Both the position numbers and the translations under genes were made by a program. The notes under the pieces were generated by a model, which had not been told where the DNA came from, did not search any database, and saw nothing but the letters and a program-made list of their open reading frames with translations. From IMG/VR virus record IMGVR_UViG_3300021082_000060, positions 1-41,629 of that record: a stretch of 41,629 nt of DNA, one strand, 5' to 3'. Positions 6,754 through 16,765 of the stretch are shown one piece after another (position 1 is the stretch's first letter; each line of letters begins with the position of its first letter). Origin of the DNA: a virus (lineage: Duplodnaviria; Caudoviricetes).

Positions 6754-7074
6754 GTGAGATGTTGTAGATACTGTCTGACCCCTGCCGCCTACGGTGGAGA
6801 CGACCGCATCGAGGAGCTAGAGGCAGCGCTGACCCGCATCATCGAATGGGCTGACGCATATCCGTTCGCCGTGTTTCCAGAGGTGGACGAGGACTACGCC
6901 AAGCGGGCGCACACGGCGCTCACTGAGCACGGCATGACGCTGGACCGGCTGTCTGCCGACGTGATGCGGCATGTGCTGACCGGCGTGCGCCGCATCGCCA
7001 GCGGCGCCTTGCACACACAGGGAGACGCCGCTGCGCCATCAGGTGATGCACCAGCCCCACGCCGGATGCCATGA
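6754..7074 (+). CDS. Hypothetical protein (...IEELEAALTRIIEWADAYP...)
   Basis: GGGAG RBS and GTG at 6754; plausible phage-type protein sequence. Confidence 0.55.
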   Translation: MRCCRYCLTPAAYGGDDRIEELEAALTRIIEWADAYPFAVFPEVDEDYAKRAHTALTEHGMTLDRLSADVMRHVLTGVRRIASGALHTQGDAAAPSGDAPAPRRMP

Positions 7075-9069
7075 GCTCCTGTTGTGCCGGTGGAACTCAT
7101 CGTCGATCCAGGCATAGCTCGACGCCGCTTCCGCCACGCCATTGCGCACCGCCACAGCCAATGCCGCACGCACATACTGCGCGTATCCCACGCTGCCCGA
7201 CGTCTCGTTGTATAGCTCGTTCATGCCGCTTGGGTCGTTCGGCATGTGCGGCACGTCTTCCGGGTGCATCGCTACGGCGCGCATGCCCGCCTCCAGCCAG
7301 GACAGGTACTTCGGCCCGACCAGCACCTGACCAGCCGCATGCGCCACCGGAGCGCCGCGCGTGACCTCCCACAGCGCCTCGTCCGACTTATCGACGACCG
7401 TCATCGTCTCGTTCTGGCACTTGACCGGGAACGGTGGCACCGGCCACGGCCCGCCGCTGTAGTGATCGACCGGGACAAACGTGTCCGCATCGGTGATCGC
7501 CGCGGTGAGGCTGCACGTATATACAAGGCCGGTGTTGTATGGGCAGGGCGCGGAGCGTGGCCACGCCTCCCCGTTGGTGCGCTGAACCTCGGAATCGATC
7601 TTCCAGACCAACGGTTCCGACCACTCGTCGAACCCGAGTTGCACGCACATGCCGTAGACCAGCGACTCAAACGCACACTGCCAGAACACCGCGTAGGTTC
7701 CGGACGGATGCGCCGGGGTGCCCTGCGATCCACCGAATTGCCGGGCGCGGAACACCGCCAGGATCGGGTCCTCGTTGGCCATGTCCTTCAGCGCCTCGGC
7801 GCGGACCCCTTCCATGTGCTGGTGGAACACCGAGCGGGCCAGCAGCCAGCGTGGCGGGTCGTCCGGCGAGGCGACTGCCGCATACAGCTTGTTGCGCAAC
7901 GGCCATGCGCCATACCGCCCGGCCCAGGTGTAGCGACCAGACGCCGGCTCGTCCAGAATTTCGATGTTGGCCTGGAACTGCAACGCCTCTAGGTAATACA
8001 CGTCCCCGGTCAGCAACCACGGCAGGTAGCTACATGCGGGCGAATGTCCGCAGTCATAGGCAACGATGCCCTTGGTCATCGGCACGATCGGATCGCCGCC
8101 CTTCGGGTAGCTGGTCAGCGTCGGGTAATCCCGGATGAGATCGAGAGGCGCGCTGGTCACATAGTCCCTGAGATGCATGGACATCGTGCCCGACGCCTCG
8201 CCCTGGGCGATGACCGTCTCGGTGTTGTTCCCTTTGCACAGCCATTGTGCGGACCAGCCGGTCAGGATGCCGATGTCGGGTCGATCGCCGGTCCAGCCCA
8301 TGCCGGTGACCATGCCGCTGAACCCCATCACGCTATACGTTTGCGGAGCCAGATCGGTGATGAACTGGGCGAGGATCGTGCCGTCATAGTGCGGCACCTT
8401 GCCCTCGGCGATCAGTTGCTCGCGTGAAACACGCACCGGCCTGGGCGCCGACTGCCAGCGCCAGCGGGCATACCACGGATGGCTGGGCACCTCGATCGTG
8501 GCGATCAGCATGTCGCCGTCCCAGATCTCAGCGGTGTAGGCGCCAAGATTGGCTGGCGTCAGCGATGCGACCAGGGGCACGCCGAGCTCGAAGACGACCT
8601 CTTGCCGCCCACCGTCCGCGTCGGGGCGGAACCATACGGTGAGGCCGGGCAGCGTGCCGTCCTGTCTGGGCGCGCGGTAGCAGTGCTGGGTGAACTGGCC
8701 TTCGGGGTCGACGTAGTCCCCCATGTCCTCGGCCCGGACCTGCTCGTAATCCGTCTCGCCGGATGGTGTGCGGATGACAACGGCCAGCCCCTCCCCGATT
8801 GGCTCCGGCTTGGGCGGTTCAGGTGTCGGCAGGGTGTTGTCGATGACCGGCGGGGCTGTCGGTAGGATATTATCGATGAACGGCGGTGCCACGCCGCCCC
8901 ACGTGCCGTCAGGCGGCTCTGGCGTCGGTGGTGTGGGCGTGGTGACCGCGTTCTCCAGCGCCAGCACACGGGCGTCCAGGGCGGCGATCGCCGCATCGGT
9001 GGCGCCGGCATGCTCCTCTAGAGCAGCGACACGCTGTTCCAGCTGTGGATCGTCCGTGGGCTTGGGCAT
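7039..9069 (-). CDS. Large protein: N-terminal coiled coil, Pro-rich linker, putative alpha-helical carbohydrate-active-like domain
   Basis: About 677 aa ORF with IDN(I/T)LPT repeats, GDRPDIG and DCGHSP..YLPWLLTGDVYYLEALQF motifs; function is inferred only. Confidence 0.6.
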   Translation of the reverse strand: MPKPTDDPQLEQRVAALEEHAGATDAAIAALDARVLALENAVTTPTPPTPEPPDGTWGGVAPPFIDNILPTAPPVIDNTLPTPEPPKPEPIGEGLAVVIRTPSGETDYEQVRAEDMGDYVDPEGQFTQHCYRAPRQDGTLPGLTVWFRPDADGGRQEVVFELGVPLVASLTPANLGAYTAEIWDGDMLIATIEVPSHPWYARWRWQSAPRPVRVSREQLIAEGKVPHYDGTILAQFITDLAPQTYSVMGFSGMVTGMGWTGDRPDIGILTGWSAQWLCKGNNTETVIAQGEASGTMSMHLRDYVTSAPLDLIRDYPTLTSYPKGGDPIVPMTKGIVAYDCGHSPACSYLPWLLTGDVYYLEALQFQANIEILDEPASGRYTWAGRYGAWPLRNKLYAAVASPDDPPRWLLARSVFHQHMEGVRAEALKDMANEDPILAVFRARQFGGSQGTPAHPSGTYAVFWQCAFESLVYGMCVQLGFDEWSEPLVWKIDSEVQRTNGEAWPRSAPCPYNTGLVYTCSLTAAITDADTFVPVDHYSGGPWPVPPFPVKCQNETMTVVDKSDEALWEVTRGAPVAHAAGQVLVGPKYLSWLEAGMRAVAMHPEDVPHMPNDPSGMNELYNETSGSVGYAQYVRAALAVAVRNGVAEAASSYAWIDDEFHRHNRSSWHPAWGWCIT

Positions 9070-9315
9070 ATTCACAACCGATCACTGATGAACCGGTGCA
9101 GCATATCTGCGAACTCTCGCAGCGAGAACTCACCGCCCTCACCATCCCGGTCCAGGGCGATCATATCGGGGTCCTCACACAGCGTGACGCGGATATGCTC
9201 GATGGTCAGGACGAACCCGGCGGTGCGTAACGAAGAGTGTTCCTTGGGCATTGGCGTTCCAGTTGGCGAGAATCCGCCGGTAGTGGCATGTTACCCACAG
9301 GGGGAGCCACCCGCT

Positions 9316-9537
9316 ATGTCGATGATGTCGATGCCGCACACGCACGAGGTGCGTTACCGCGAGCTTAGCTACGCGCAGAAGCGGGCGATCCGCGAGCAAC
9401 TGGAGTCCTCGTTCGACTGGGATGACGGGAAGTACGCCGAGGGTGCGTCAGACCACAGCATTGCCGCTGAGGTGGGCGTCGGATGGTCGCTGATCCGCTA
9501 CGTGCGTGAGCGCGACTATGGAACCCTGGCGAGATGA
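9316..9537 (+). CDS. Small HTH-like protein
   Basis: GGGGAG RBS; SDHSIAAEVGVGWSLIRYVRE helix-turn-helix pattern. Confidence 0.6.
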   Translation: MSMMSMPHTHEVRYRELSYAQKRAIREQLESSFDWDDGKYAEGASDHSIAAEVGVGWSLIRYVRERDYGTLAR

Positions 9538-10265
9538 GAACCGAGCACATCGGCGACGCGACGCTGTATTTGGCCGACTGCAGGGACGTGCTGCCGGGGC
9601 TGGCGGGCGTGGATGCCGTGGTGACCGACCCGCCGTATGGCATCGGCTACCAGCGAGGGAGCAACAACCACAACAGTGTTCACAGCGGGCGGAAGTTTGG
9701 GTTGGATGCGCGCGATTTATCGCCGGTAACGGGCGACGATGTGCCGTTTGATCCTACGATGTGGACCAGTGCTGCTGACGACGTGATCCTGTGGGGTGCC
9801 AACCATTACGCACAGAAACTGCCGCATGGACGATGGCTCGCCTGGAATAAGCTCGGTGATCTGATGCCGTGGGATGACTTCTGCGATGTCGAGTTCGCAT
9901 GGCACAACAAGCGAAAGGCCGACCGCATCTTCTCGCATCTGTGGAAGGGGCTTTGTCAGAAGGGTGCTGGTGTCAGGCGCGAGCACCCAACACAGAAGCC
10001 GGTTGAGCTGATGATGTGGTGCGTCGAGATGACGCGTGGCGTTGTCCTCGACCCATTCATGGGCAGCGGCACAACGGGCGTTGCCTGCGCGCGCCTGGGT
10101 CGCTCGTTCATCGGTATCGAGATCGAGCCGCGCTACTTCGACATAGCGTGTCGCCGGATCGAGCAGGCACAGCGGCAGCGCGATCTGTTCGTGCATGCGC
10201 CAGTGCCGGTGGACCCGCAGGAGCAGCGCATCCGCGACCTGTTCGCGCCCCTGGCTGCCGACTGA
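9534..10265 (+). CDS. N6-adenine/N4-cytosine DNA methyltransferase (beta class, orphan)
   Basis: VVTDPPYG precedes HPTQKP and VLDPFMGSGTTG. Confidence 0.92.
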   Translation: MRTEHIGDATLYLADCRDVLPGLAGVDAVVTDPPYGIGYQRGSNNHNSVHSGRKFGLDARDLSPVTGDDVPFDPTMWTSAADDVILWGANHYAQKLPHGRWLAWNKLGDLMPWDDFCDVEFAWHNKRKADRIFSHLWKGLCQKGAGVRREHPTQKPVELMMWCVEMTRGVVLDPFMGSGTTGVACARLGRSFIGIEIEPRYFDIACRRIEQAQRQRDLFVHAPVPVDPQEQRIRDLFAPLAAD

Positions 10266-10274
10266 GGTGGCCCC

Positions 10275-12824
10275 ATGACGCTGCACCTGCAACCTGATAT
10301 ACTGGCGCCAGATACGAGCGATTCACCACCACCTGCGGGCGGCGCGTCCCCCAACGACAAGCCGCCCGACTTTTCCGCCTTCGACTTCGCCCTCCAGCGC
10401 TACAATCGCGCCCCCATAGCCTTCGTGAAGGAGGTCCTCCTTCAGGAGCCCGACGCGTGGCAGATCGAGGCGCTCAGGGGCTTCGCCCGCGGCTTCACCC
10501 GGCACAGCATCAAAAGTGGTCACGGTGTCGGCAAAGCACTTACGTTATCGGAACTAGTTCCAACGCCGGATGGGCAGAGACGATGGGGTGATCTGCAACC
10601 CGGTGACCGGCTGTTTGGCCGTGATGGCGAGCCGACGCACATCGTAGCGCGCCATGACCAGGGCGTGCGGCCAATCTACCGGGTGACGTTCGATGACGGC
10701 ACGAGCTGCCGCGTTGACGGCGAGCATCTGTGGACCGTGCGCGGTCGCGCGCAGCGGCGGACTGATCGGGCTGGCGGAAAGACCGGCGACTTCATCACCC
10801 TCACTACCGCCGAGATCCTTCGCCGTGGGGTAAAGCGAGCCAACGGTGCAACGCTGGCGCGTCAGTGGGAGCTACCACCCCATGGCCCAGCGCAGTATCC
10901 GGCGCAGCATGTGTCGCTCGCGCCTTATCTGCTCGGGTTCTATCTGGGCGACGGCATGCTGAACAAATCTGGGGTGCAGTTCAGCGGCAGTGAGGCAAAG
11001 ACCCAGGCTCTTATCGAGACATGTGCCGCGCTCGGTATCAGCCACAGCACGCCTCATGGTGATGGAGATCGATGGGTAGTCCGGCTTCGCGGCATAAGCG
11101 CAACGCTCAACGAACTTGGGTTGGGCGGCAAGTTGTCAGGCTCGAAGTTCGTCCCGCTGATCTACAAGGAGAACACTCCAGCCGTCCGTCTCGCCGTGCT
11201 GCAAGGCCTGATGGACACTGACGGTTACTGCGACGCTCGCGGTATCGCTGTTTACACCAGCGTCTCGCAACAACTAGCCGAGGATGTCGCATGGCTGGTG
11301 CGATCGCTCGGCGGCAAGGCTCACATGGGCGCCGCGCAGCGAAGCCACTACCGCGACTCTGACGGTGCGCTGGTGCGCGTGCAGGACCACTACGACGTGA
11401 CAGTGCGCCTGCCACCGGACATGCCGCTGTTTACCCTGCCGCACAAAGCCAACCGCGTGCAGCCCTGTGAGCCGCGCTACCTGGCGCGGTGGATCGAGGC
11501 GATTGAGATGGACGGTGAAGAGGAGGCGATGTGCGTTACAGTTGACGCGCCGGATGGCCTCTATCTCGCGAATGACTTCATCGTCACGCACAACTCATGC
11601 TTGGCTGCCTGGGTGGTGCTGTGGTTCATCTGCACCCGCGCACCGTTCAAGTGTGCGCTGACCGCGCCATCGGCGCCGCAGCTGTTCGACGTCTTATGGC
11701 CCGAGCTCCTCAAGTGGATGGGCCGCATGCCCGAGCAGTGGCAGGCGCTGTGGGACGTGACCACAGACCACATCACCCTCAAATCGGACAAGGAGTGCTT
11801 CGTCACCGCCAGGACATCGAGGCCTGAAACGCCCGAGGCGATGGCAGGATTGCACTCTCGCAACATCCTGCTGGTGGCAGACGAGGCATCCGGCATCGAC
11901 GAGAAGGTCTACGAGGCTGCCAGCGGCTCAATGAGTAGTTCCGGAGCCATTACGTTACTCATTGGCAATCCGACACGAGACTCTGGGTTCTTCTGGCGCA
12001 CGCACACGCTGGAGCGCGATCGCTGGCGCTGCATGACCGTGTCCAGTGCCGAGAGCACGCGTGTCGACCCGAGCTACATCACCGAGATGTCCGAGCGCTA
12101 CGGCAGCGAGAGCAACGCGTTCAGGGTTCGGGTGCTGGGCCAGTTCCCGTCCGGCTCCGACGACGTGTTCATCCCCGGCGAACTGGTCGACAGCGCGATG
12201 AACCGCGACATGGCCCTCGATGTCGGCGCACCGATCATCTGGGGAATCGACGTCGCCAGGTTTGGTGCCGATGCTTCCGTGCTGATCAAGCGCCAGGGCA
12301 GTTGCGTGACCGAGCCACCGCGGCGCTGGCGCAACGTGGACCTCATGGTGCTCGCAGGCGCCATCAAGCACGAATACGATCTGGCCAACACCGCGCGCCC
12401 CATGCTGATCGTGGTGGATTCGATCGGCATCGGCGCTGGCGTGGTCGATCGCCTCCAAGAGCAGGCGCTGCCGGTGCTGGGTGTGAACGTCGCCGAGTCG
12501 CCGGCCAACCAGACCAACTACATGCGCCTTAGGGACGAGCTCTGGGGAAGAACACGGGAATGGCTGGCGACACGCACCGTGCGTTTGCCCCGCGACGACC
12601 TGCTCCGCGCCGATCTTGTGGCGCCGAAATACACGTTCAGCTCTACGGGCAAGCTGACTATCGAGAGCAAAGAGAGTATGCGGCGTAGAGGACTGCCCAG
12701 TCCCGACAGCGCCGATGCGTTAATGTTAACGCTCGCGCAACAAGGGCTGATGGTAACGTCAGCGAACCAGAGTTGGTTATATGATACGCAGCCGGTGATT
12801 AGCAGCATTCCCGGCATGGAGTGA
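10275..12824 (+). CDS. terL: Terminase large subunit containing an intein
   Basis: Walker A SGHGVGK|S, Walker B LLVADEASG, GNP coupling motif, nuclease WGIDVARFGAD and SPDSADAL. Confidence 0.95.
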   Translation: MTLHLQPDILAPDTSDSPPPAGGASPNDKPPDFSAFDFALQRYNRAPIAFVKEVLLQEPDAWQIEALRGFARGFTRHSIKSGHGVGKALTLSELVPTPDGQRRWGDLQPGDRLFGRDGEPTHIVARHDQGVRPIYRVTFDDGTSCRVDGEHLWTVRGRAQRRTDRAGGKTGDFITLTTAEILRRGVKRANGATLARQWELPPHGPAQYPAQHVSLAPYLLGFYLGDGMLNKSGVQFSGSEAKTQALIETCAALGISHSTPHGDGDRWVVRLRGISATLNELGLGGKLSGSKFVPLIYKENTPAVRLAVLQGLMDTDGYCDARGIAVYTSVSQQLAEDVAWLVRSLGGKAHMGAAQRSHYRDSDGALVRVQDHYDVTVRLPPDMPLFTLPHKANRVQPCEPRYLARWIEAIEMDGEEEAMCVTVDAPDGLYLANDFIVTHNSCLAAWVVLWFICTRAPFKCALTAPSAPQLFDVLWPELLKWMGRMPEQWQALWDVTTDHITLKSDKECFVTARTSRPETPEAMAGLHSRNILLVADEASGIDEKVYEAASGSMSSSGAITLLIGNPTRDSGFFWRTHTLERDRWRCMTVSSAESTRVDPSYITEMSERYGSESNAFRVRVLGQFPSGSDDVFIPGELVDSAMNRDMALDVGAPIIWGIDVARFGADASVLIKRQGSCVTEPPRRWRNVDLMVLAGAIKHEYDLANTARPMLIVVDSIGIGAGVVDRLQEQALPVLGVNVAESPANQTNYMRLRDELWGRTREWLATRTVRLPRDDLLRADLVAPKYTFSSTGKLTIESKESMRRRGLPSPDSADALMLTLAQQGLMVTSANQSWLYDTQPVISSIPGME
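10536..11594 (+). mobile_element. Class 3 (Ala1) intein with LAGLIDADG homing endonuclease, 353 aa
   Basis: Starts ALTLSELVPTPDG; block B EHLWTV; LAGLIDADG-like LLGFYLGDG and LQGLMDTDG; block F AMCVTV; ends IVTHN/S. Confidence 0.9.
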
Positions 12825-12827
12825 CCG

Positions 12828-13163
12828 ATGCAGTTGATCCACATCGAGCGCGTCTCTGCCACCTCCGACGACGAGCGCCTGGGCTTCCTGCTGGCGGCAC
12901 GGGCCAAGGCAGCTGAGCAGGTGGTCGCCGCCAACGTGCGCGCCCAGGCGAGCAAGGTGGATCTGATCGAGCACATCACCCGGCGCATCCAGGATGGCGC
13001 TGACCGGCTCAGGTTGCGTCACCGGCTGCTGGAAAGCGGCATGCCGACCAGCATCGCCGACGCCATCATGCGCGCCGCCACCGACGCCGCATGCCCCGAC
13101 CGTCCTGCCGGGGTGACCGGAGGCACAAGCCAGCAGTCGGACTTCCCCGAGTTCCAGACATGA
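12828..13163 (+). CDS. Hypothetical protein
   Basis: Follows terL by 3 nt with a GGAG RBS. Confidence 0.6.
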   Translation: MQLIHIERVSATSDDERLGFLLAARAKAAEQVVAANVRAQASKVDLIEHITRRIQDGADRLRLRHRLLESGMPTSIADAIMRAATDAACPDRPAGVTGGTSQQSDFPEFQT

Positions 13164-13339
13164 GCCCGCTCGCAATCATCCTGATCGTCGTGCTGCTGGT
13201 GCTCCTTCTAGGAGGAGGATTCTACGGCTACCGCGGCGGCTACTACGGCGGCAGTGGATACGGCAGCTACGGCATCGGCATCGTGGGAGTGATCGTCATC
13301 GTGTTGCTGATATTGCTGCTGATGGGACGCATCGGATGA
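13160..13339 (+). CDS. Small Gly-rich two-TM membrane protein (DUF3309-like)
   Basis: IILIVVLLVLLLGGGFYGYRGGYYGG...IVIVLLILLLMGRI; ATGA coupled on both sides. Confidence 0.7.
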   Translation: MSPLAIILIVVLLVLLLGGGFYGYRGGYYGGSGYGSYGIGIVGVIVIVLLILLLMGRIG

Positions 13340-16092
13340 GCGGCATCCTGCCACCCGGCGCACCGCCCGGCCTGCGCCAGGGTGTTAACCCGATGGCGCC
13401 GCAGGTGGGCCAGCAAGGCATGAACCCGCCGCAACAGGGTCTGCTGGCGCCCAACACACAGAGCTACGGGGCACCGCCGCTGCCGCCGATCGAGGGTCTG
13501 GTGCGACCGATGGGCCAGCGACCCACCGACCATCAGGTCATCGCCACCTTGTTGCCTAGGCGCAAGGACGAGGACATCCCGGACGACCCTACCGACGATC
13601 TGCCACCGGAGATCCGGCCTTACGCGCTGGGCCTGCGCCCGAGCGTGCAGCCATCCTCGACCCCGTGGGTGCAGGAGGTCGTTTACGCTCGACTCGGCAA
13701 AGAGGACAGCGAGATCAGCGAGATCAACCGATACTACTTTGGTATCGCGCGAAACTATGACGAGGAGTTGAGTAACCAGAGAGTTACGGCGTCGGAATAT
13801 TACAACGGCAAGGGCTTCGGCGACGAGCCGGCGCTGAAGGGTCGTTCTCAGTTGGTGATGACTGTTGTTAGGGACACCATCCGCAGCACCCTCCCGAGCC
13901 TCCTGCGCGTGTTCACGGGCGTCGAGGACCCGGTGCATTTCGAGCCGATATCATCGGAGATATCCGGCAACGACAAGCTGGCAACTATGTTATCCCGCCA
14001 GGCGACAGACTACGCCCGCTGGGCGCTGTTCGTGGCTAATCCAGGATGGTCGATCCTGCATGATGCCCTGTTGGACGCGCTGACCCGCAAGGCCGGCTGG
14101 GTGCGTTGGTCGTGGGGTAAGAAGCAGCAGATCCGCACTGAGGTGGCCGAGGGCCTCATCCTGCCGCAACTGCAGATGCTGCTCGCCGAGCCGGGCATCG
14201 AGGCGCAACGCATCGTGCGCCGCCCGATGACCAGGGCCGAGCAGGAAGCGATGGCCAGGACGCCCGAGGGCCAGATGTATCTGGGGCAGGGTGGGCCTCC
14301 GGAATACTGGAGCGCTACCATCACACGCAGCGTGCAGCAGGCGTGGCCGGTGGTTGAATCGGTGCCGTCCGAGTGCGTGTGGGTGGTGTCTGACGCGTCC
14401 ACCGTCAAAGAGGCGCGCGGTGTGTTCCACGTCAGGGACGTATCGGCCTCCGACCTGATCGAGATGGGGTTGGATGAGCACGCGGTGCTGCGGGCCGGCG
14501 GTTCAGCGCCCACGACGCAGTGGCGGCGCGAGGCGATCGCCAGGGACAGCGCGTCCGGGCACCACATGCACGGCGGGCCACCTAACGACCGCTCCATGGG
14601 CATGATCCGCTACATCGAAGGCTGGATCAGGTGCGACGCCGACAACGACCACAAGGCCGAGTTGCTGCACACCCACAGCCTGGGCGACGACTGCCGGCTG
14701 GTGCAGTGGGAGCGCACCGACGAAATCCCGCTGAGTTGCTTCACCCCGTATCGCGAGCCGGGGAGGATCATCGGGTCGTCTGTGTCCGACATGGTGATGG
14801 ACCTGCAACGCCTGCAGTCCAGGGTCATGAGGGCGACCCTCGATAGCCTGGGTCAGGCGATGTATCCGAGGACGGTGATCACCCTCGGTCAGGTGAACAT
14901 GTCCGACGTGCGCCAGACCGCTATCGGCTCGATCATCCGCGTCGCGCAGCAGGGCGCCGTGCAGGAGCTCGTGAAGCCGTTCGCCGGGGCAGCGGCGCTG
15001 CCGATCATGCAGTTGCTGGAGGGCGTCAGGGAGAGCCGCACCGGCATCACCCGCGCCTCTCAGGGCCTGACCGTCGACGAGCTCCAGAGCACCGCACCGA
15101 TCGCCGTAAGCCAGCAGACATCCGCCGCGCAGGACCGGCTGGACATGATGGCGCGCACCTTGGCCGAGACCGGTCTGGCGCCGCTATACAGCGGTCTGCT
15201 GCGCATGCTCGCCAAGCAGCAGGACCGGCCCAACGTGATCCGCATCCGGGGCGAGTGGATATCGATCGATCCCAGAGCGCTGGGCACGATGTGGGAAGCC
15301 GCGGTCGAGGTCGGCGGCAAAGGCATGCCGATGGAGCGATTGGCCATGCTCGCCCAGATCGCCGGCAAGCAGGAACAGATCATCACCAACTACGGGTTGC
15401 ACAATCCGCTGGTTGGCGTGCCCGAGTACAGGAATACCCTCGCGCGCATGCTGGAGACCGCCAACATCGCCGACGTCAGCAACTACTTCAAAGAGCTGCC
15501 CGACGACTGGCAGCCGCCGCCGCCCAGCCAGGGGCCAACCCCGGAACAGGTGCTGGCCATGGTGCAGCAGCAGAAGACCGCCGCGGACCTGGAGACGGAT
15601 CGCGCCAAGGCGCAGACCGATCGGTCCAAGGCGCTGTCGGACGACGATCGCGAGCGGGATAAGGCGGCGCTGGACGCATGGGTGGAGCTCTGGAAGATCG
15701 GCGCGCAGTTCGGCACGCCCGTGCCATCGCTCGACGAGCTACGCGCGGCGATGCAGCCCGACCAGCCCAACCTGGGCCTCATCGGCGACCTGCCGCCGCC
15801 CACGTCCCCGCAGCAGCCGGCGACCGGCATGCAGGGGCCGCAGCAGCCCAAGCCGGGGCCAGCCTCGCCGATGATGGGGATGGCGCCGGGACAGGGCGGA
15901 GGCCTGGGGGCCCAGCGTCCGCAGGCGCCGCTGGCTCCGCCGGTAGGCTCCACCCCGCCCGACACCGCTCATATGGTTCGCCAGGCGCTCGCCACCGGTA
16001 ACTTACCGACGAATTACGGTCAGATCGCCGATCGTGCGGTGGCCGGTAGCATCGCCGGCATGGGCGGGCCTTCGGTCAGGCCGGGCGCATGA
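13336..16092 (+). CDS. Portal protein with Pro/Gln-rich N- and C-terminal extensions
   Basis: Downstream of terL; EYYNG...GRSQLV...VRDTI...LPSLLRVF and LLDAL..KAG motifs of podophage portals. Confidence 0.88.
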   Translation: MSGILPPGAPPGLRQGVNPMAPQVGQQGMNPPQQGLLAPNTQSYGAPPLPPIEGLVRPMGQRPTDHQVIATLLPRRKDEDIPDDPTDDLPPEIRPYALGLRPSVQPSSTPWVQEVVYARLGKEDSEISEINRYYFGIARNYDEELSNQRVTASEYYNGKGFGDEPALKGRSQLVMTVVRDTIRSTLPSLLRVFTGVEDPVHFEPISSEISGNDKLATMLSRQATDYARWALFVANPGWSILHDALLDALTRKAGWVRWSWGKKQQIRTEVAEGLILPQLQMLLAEPGIEAQRIVRRPMTRAEQEAMARTPEGQMYLGQGGPPEYWSATITRSVQQAWPVVESVPSECVWVVSDASTVKEARGVFHVRDVSASDLIEMGLDEHAVLRAGGSAPTTQWRREAIARDSASGHHMHGGPPNDRSMGMIRYIEGWIRCDADNDHKAELLHTHSLGDDCRLVQWERTDEIPLSCFTPYREPGRIIGSSVSDMVMDLQRLQSRVMRATLDSLGQAMYPRTVITLGQVNMSDVRQTAIGSIIRVAQQGAVQELVKPFAGAAALPIMQLLEGVRESRTGITRASQGLTVDELQSTAPIAVSQQTSAAQDRLDMMARTLAETGLAPLYSGLLRMLAKQQDRPNVIRIRGEWISIDPRALGTMWEAAVEVGGKGMPMERLAMLAQIAGKQEQIITNYGLHNPLVGVPEYRNTLARMLETANIADVSNYFKELPDDWQPPPPSQGPTPEQVLAMVQQQKTAADLETDRAKAQTDRSKALSDDDRERDKAALDAWVELWKIGAQFGTPVPSLDELRAAMQPDQPNLGLIGDLPPPTSPQQPATGMQGPQQPKPGPASPMMGMAPGQGGGLGAQRPQAPLAPPVGSTPPDTAHMVRQALATGNLPTNYGQIADRAVAGSIAGMGGPSVRPGA

Positions 16093-16262
16093 GCGAGCAG
16101 GTGATCCCGCTCTTTGGCGGCGGCGACAAGCGGGCCGAAGCGCTGGAGACGGCGATCCTCAACGTAATCCGCAGGCGCGGCACCGGTCTGCCGTTCCCGC
16201 TGGTGCTGGGTGTGCTCAGGCTGATCGAGCACCGGCTGATAGCGGAGGTGGAAGTGCCATGA
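16089..16262 (+). CDS. Small hypothetical protein (57 aa, MSEQVIPLFGG...)
   Basis: ATGA overlap with the portal stop. Confidence 0.55.
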   Translation: MSEQVIPLFGGGDKRAEALETAILNVIRRRGTGLPFPLVLGVLRLIEHRLIAEVEVP

Positions 16263-16271
16263 GCAGGGACC

Positions 16272-16481
16272 ATGGGTGACCGCACCAAGCGCCCGATGTC
16301 GGAAACTGAGCGGGATCTGATCATAACCCTCCGAATCCAGGGCAAAACCTATCCGGAATTGGCCGAATTGACCCAAAGACCCCTCGGAACCATCAGTTCG
16401 GTGCTTTCCAAGGCCATTTTGACCCGCAAAGACCTCAGAACCCGCGAGATGGACCCTTTAGTGAAGCGGAAAACGCTATGA
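16272..16481 (+). CDS. Small HTH DNA-binding protein
   Basis: GKTYPELAELTQRPLGTISSVL. Confidence 0.6.
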   Translation: MGDRTKRPMSETERDLIITLRIQGKTYPELAELTQRPLGTISSVLSKAILTRKDLRTREMDPLVKRKTL

Positions 16482-16765
16482 ACTGGACGTTGGACCTCAA
16501 CGCCGAGCCAAAAAGCATCATGGAGGCCCGTCAGGAGGCTTCCATGGCCCAACGGGTGCTGAATGACGCGGTTTTCGTCGATTTCCTCGACCAAATGCAG
16601 CATGCAGCATCAAATACCGCGCTTTTCGATGACAAACTCGAGGTTCGGGACGCCGCACGTGTGAAGGTGCTGACCATTGCCGAGCTCAAGGCCCGGCTTC
16701 AGGAGGCGGCGCGCCGCCCGGTGCAGGACGCCGAGGACCAGGAACAGGCCACGGTACACGAATGA
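16478..16765 (+). CDS. Conserved head-region hypothetical protein
   Basis: ATGA-coupled; between portal and scaffold. Confidence 0.65.
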   Translation: MNWTLDLNAEPKSIMEARQEASMAQRVLNDAVFVDFLDQMQHAASNTALFDDKLEVRDAARVKVLTIAELKARLQEAARRPVQDAEDQEQATVHE

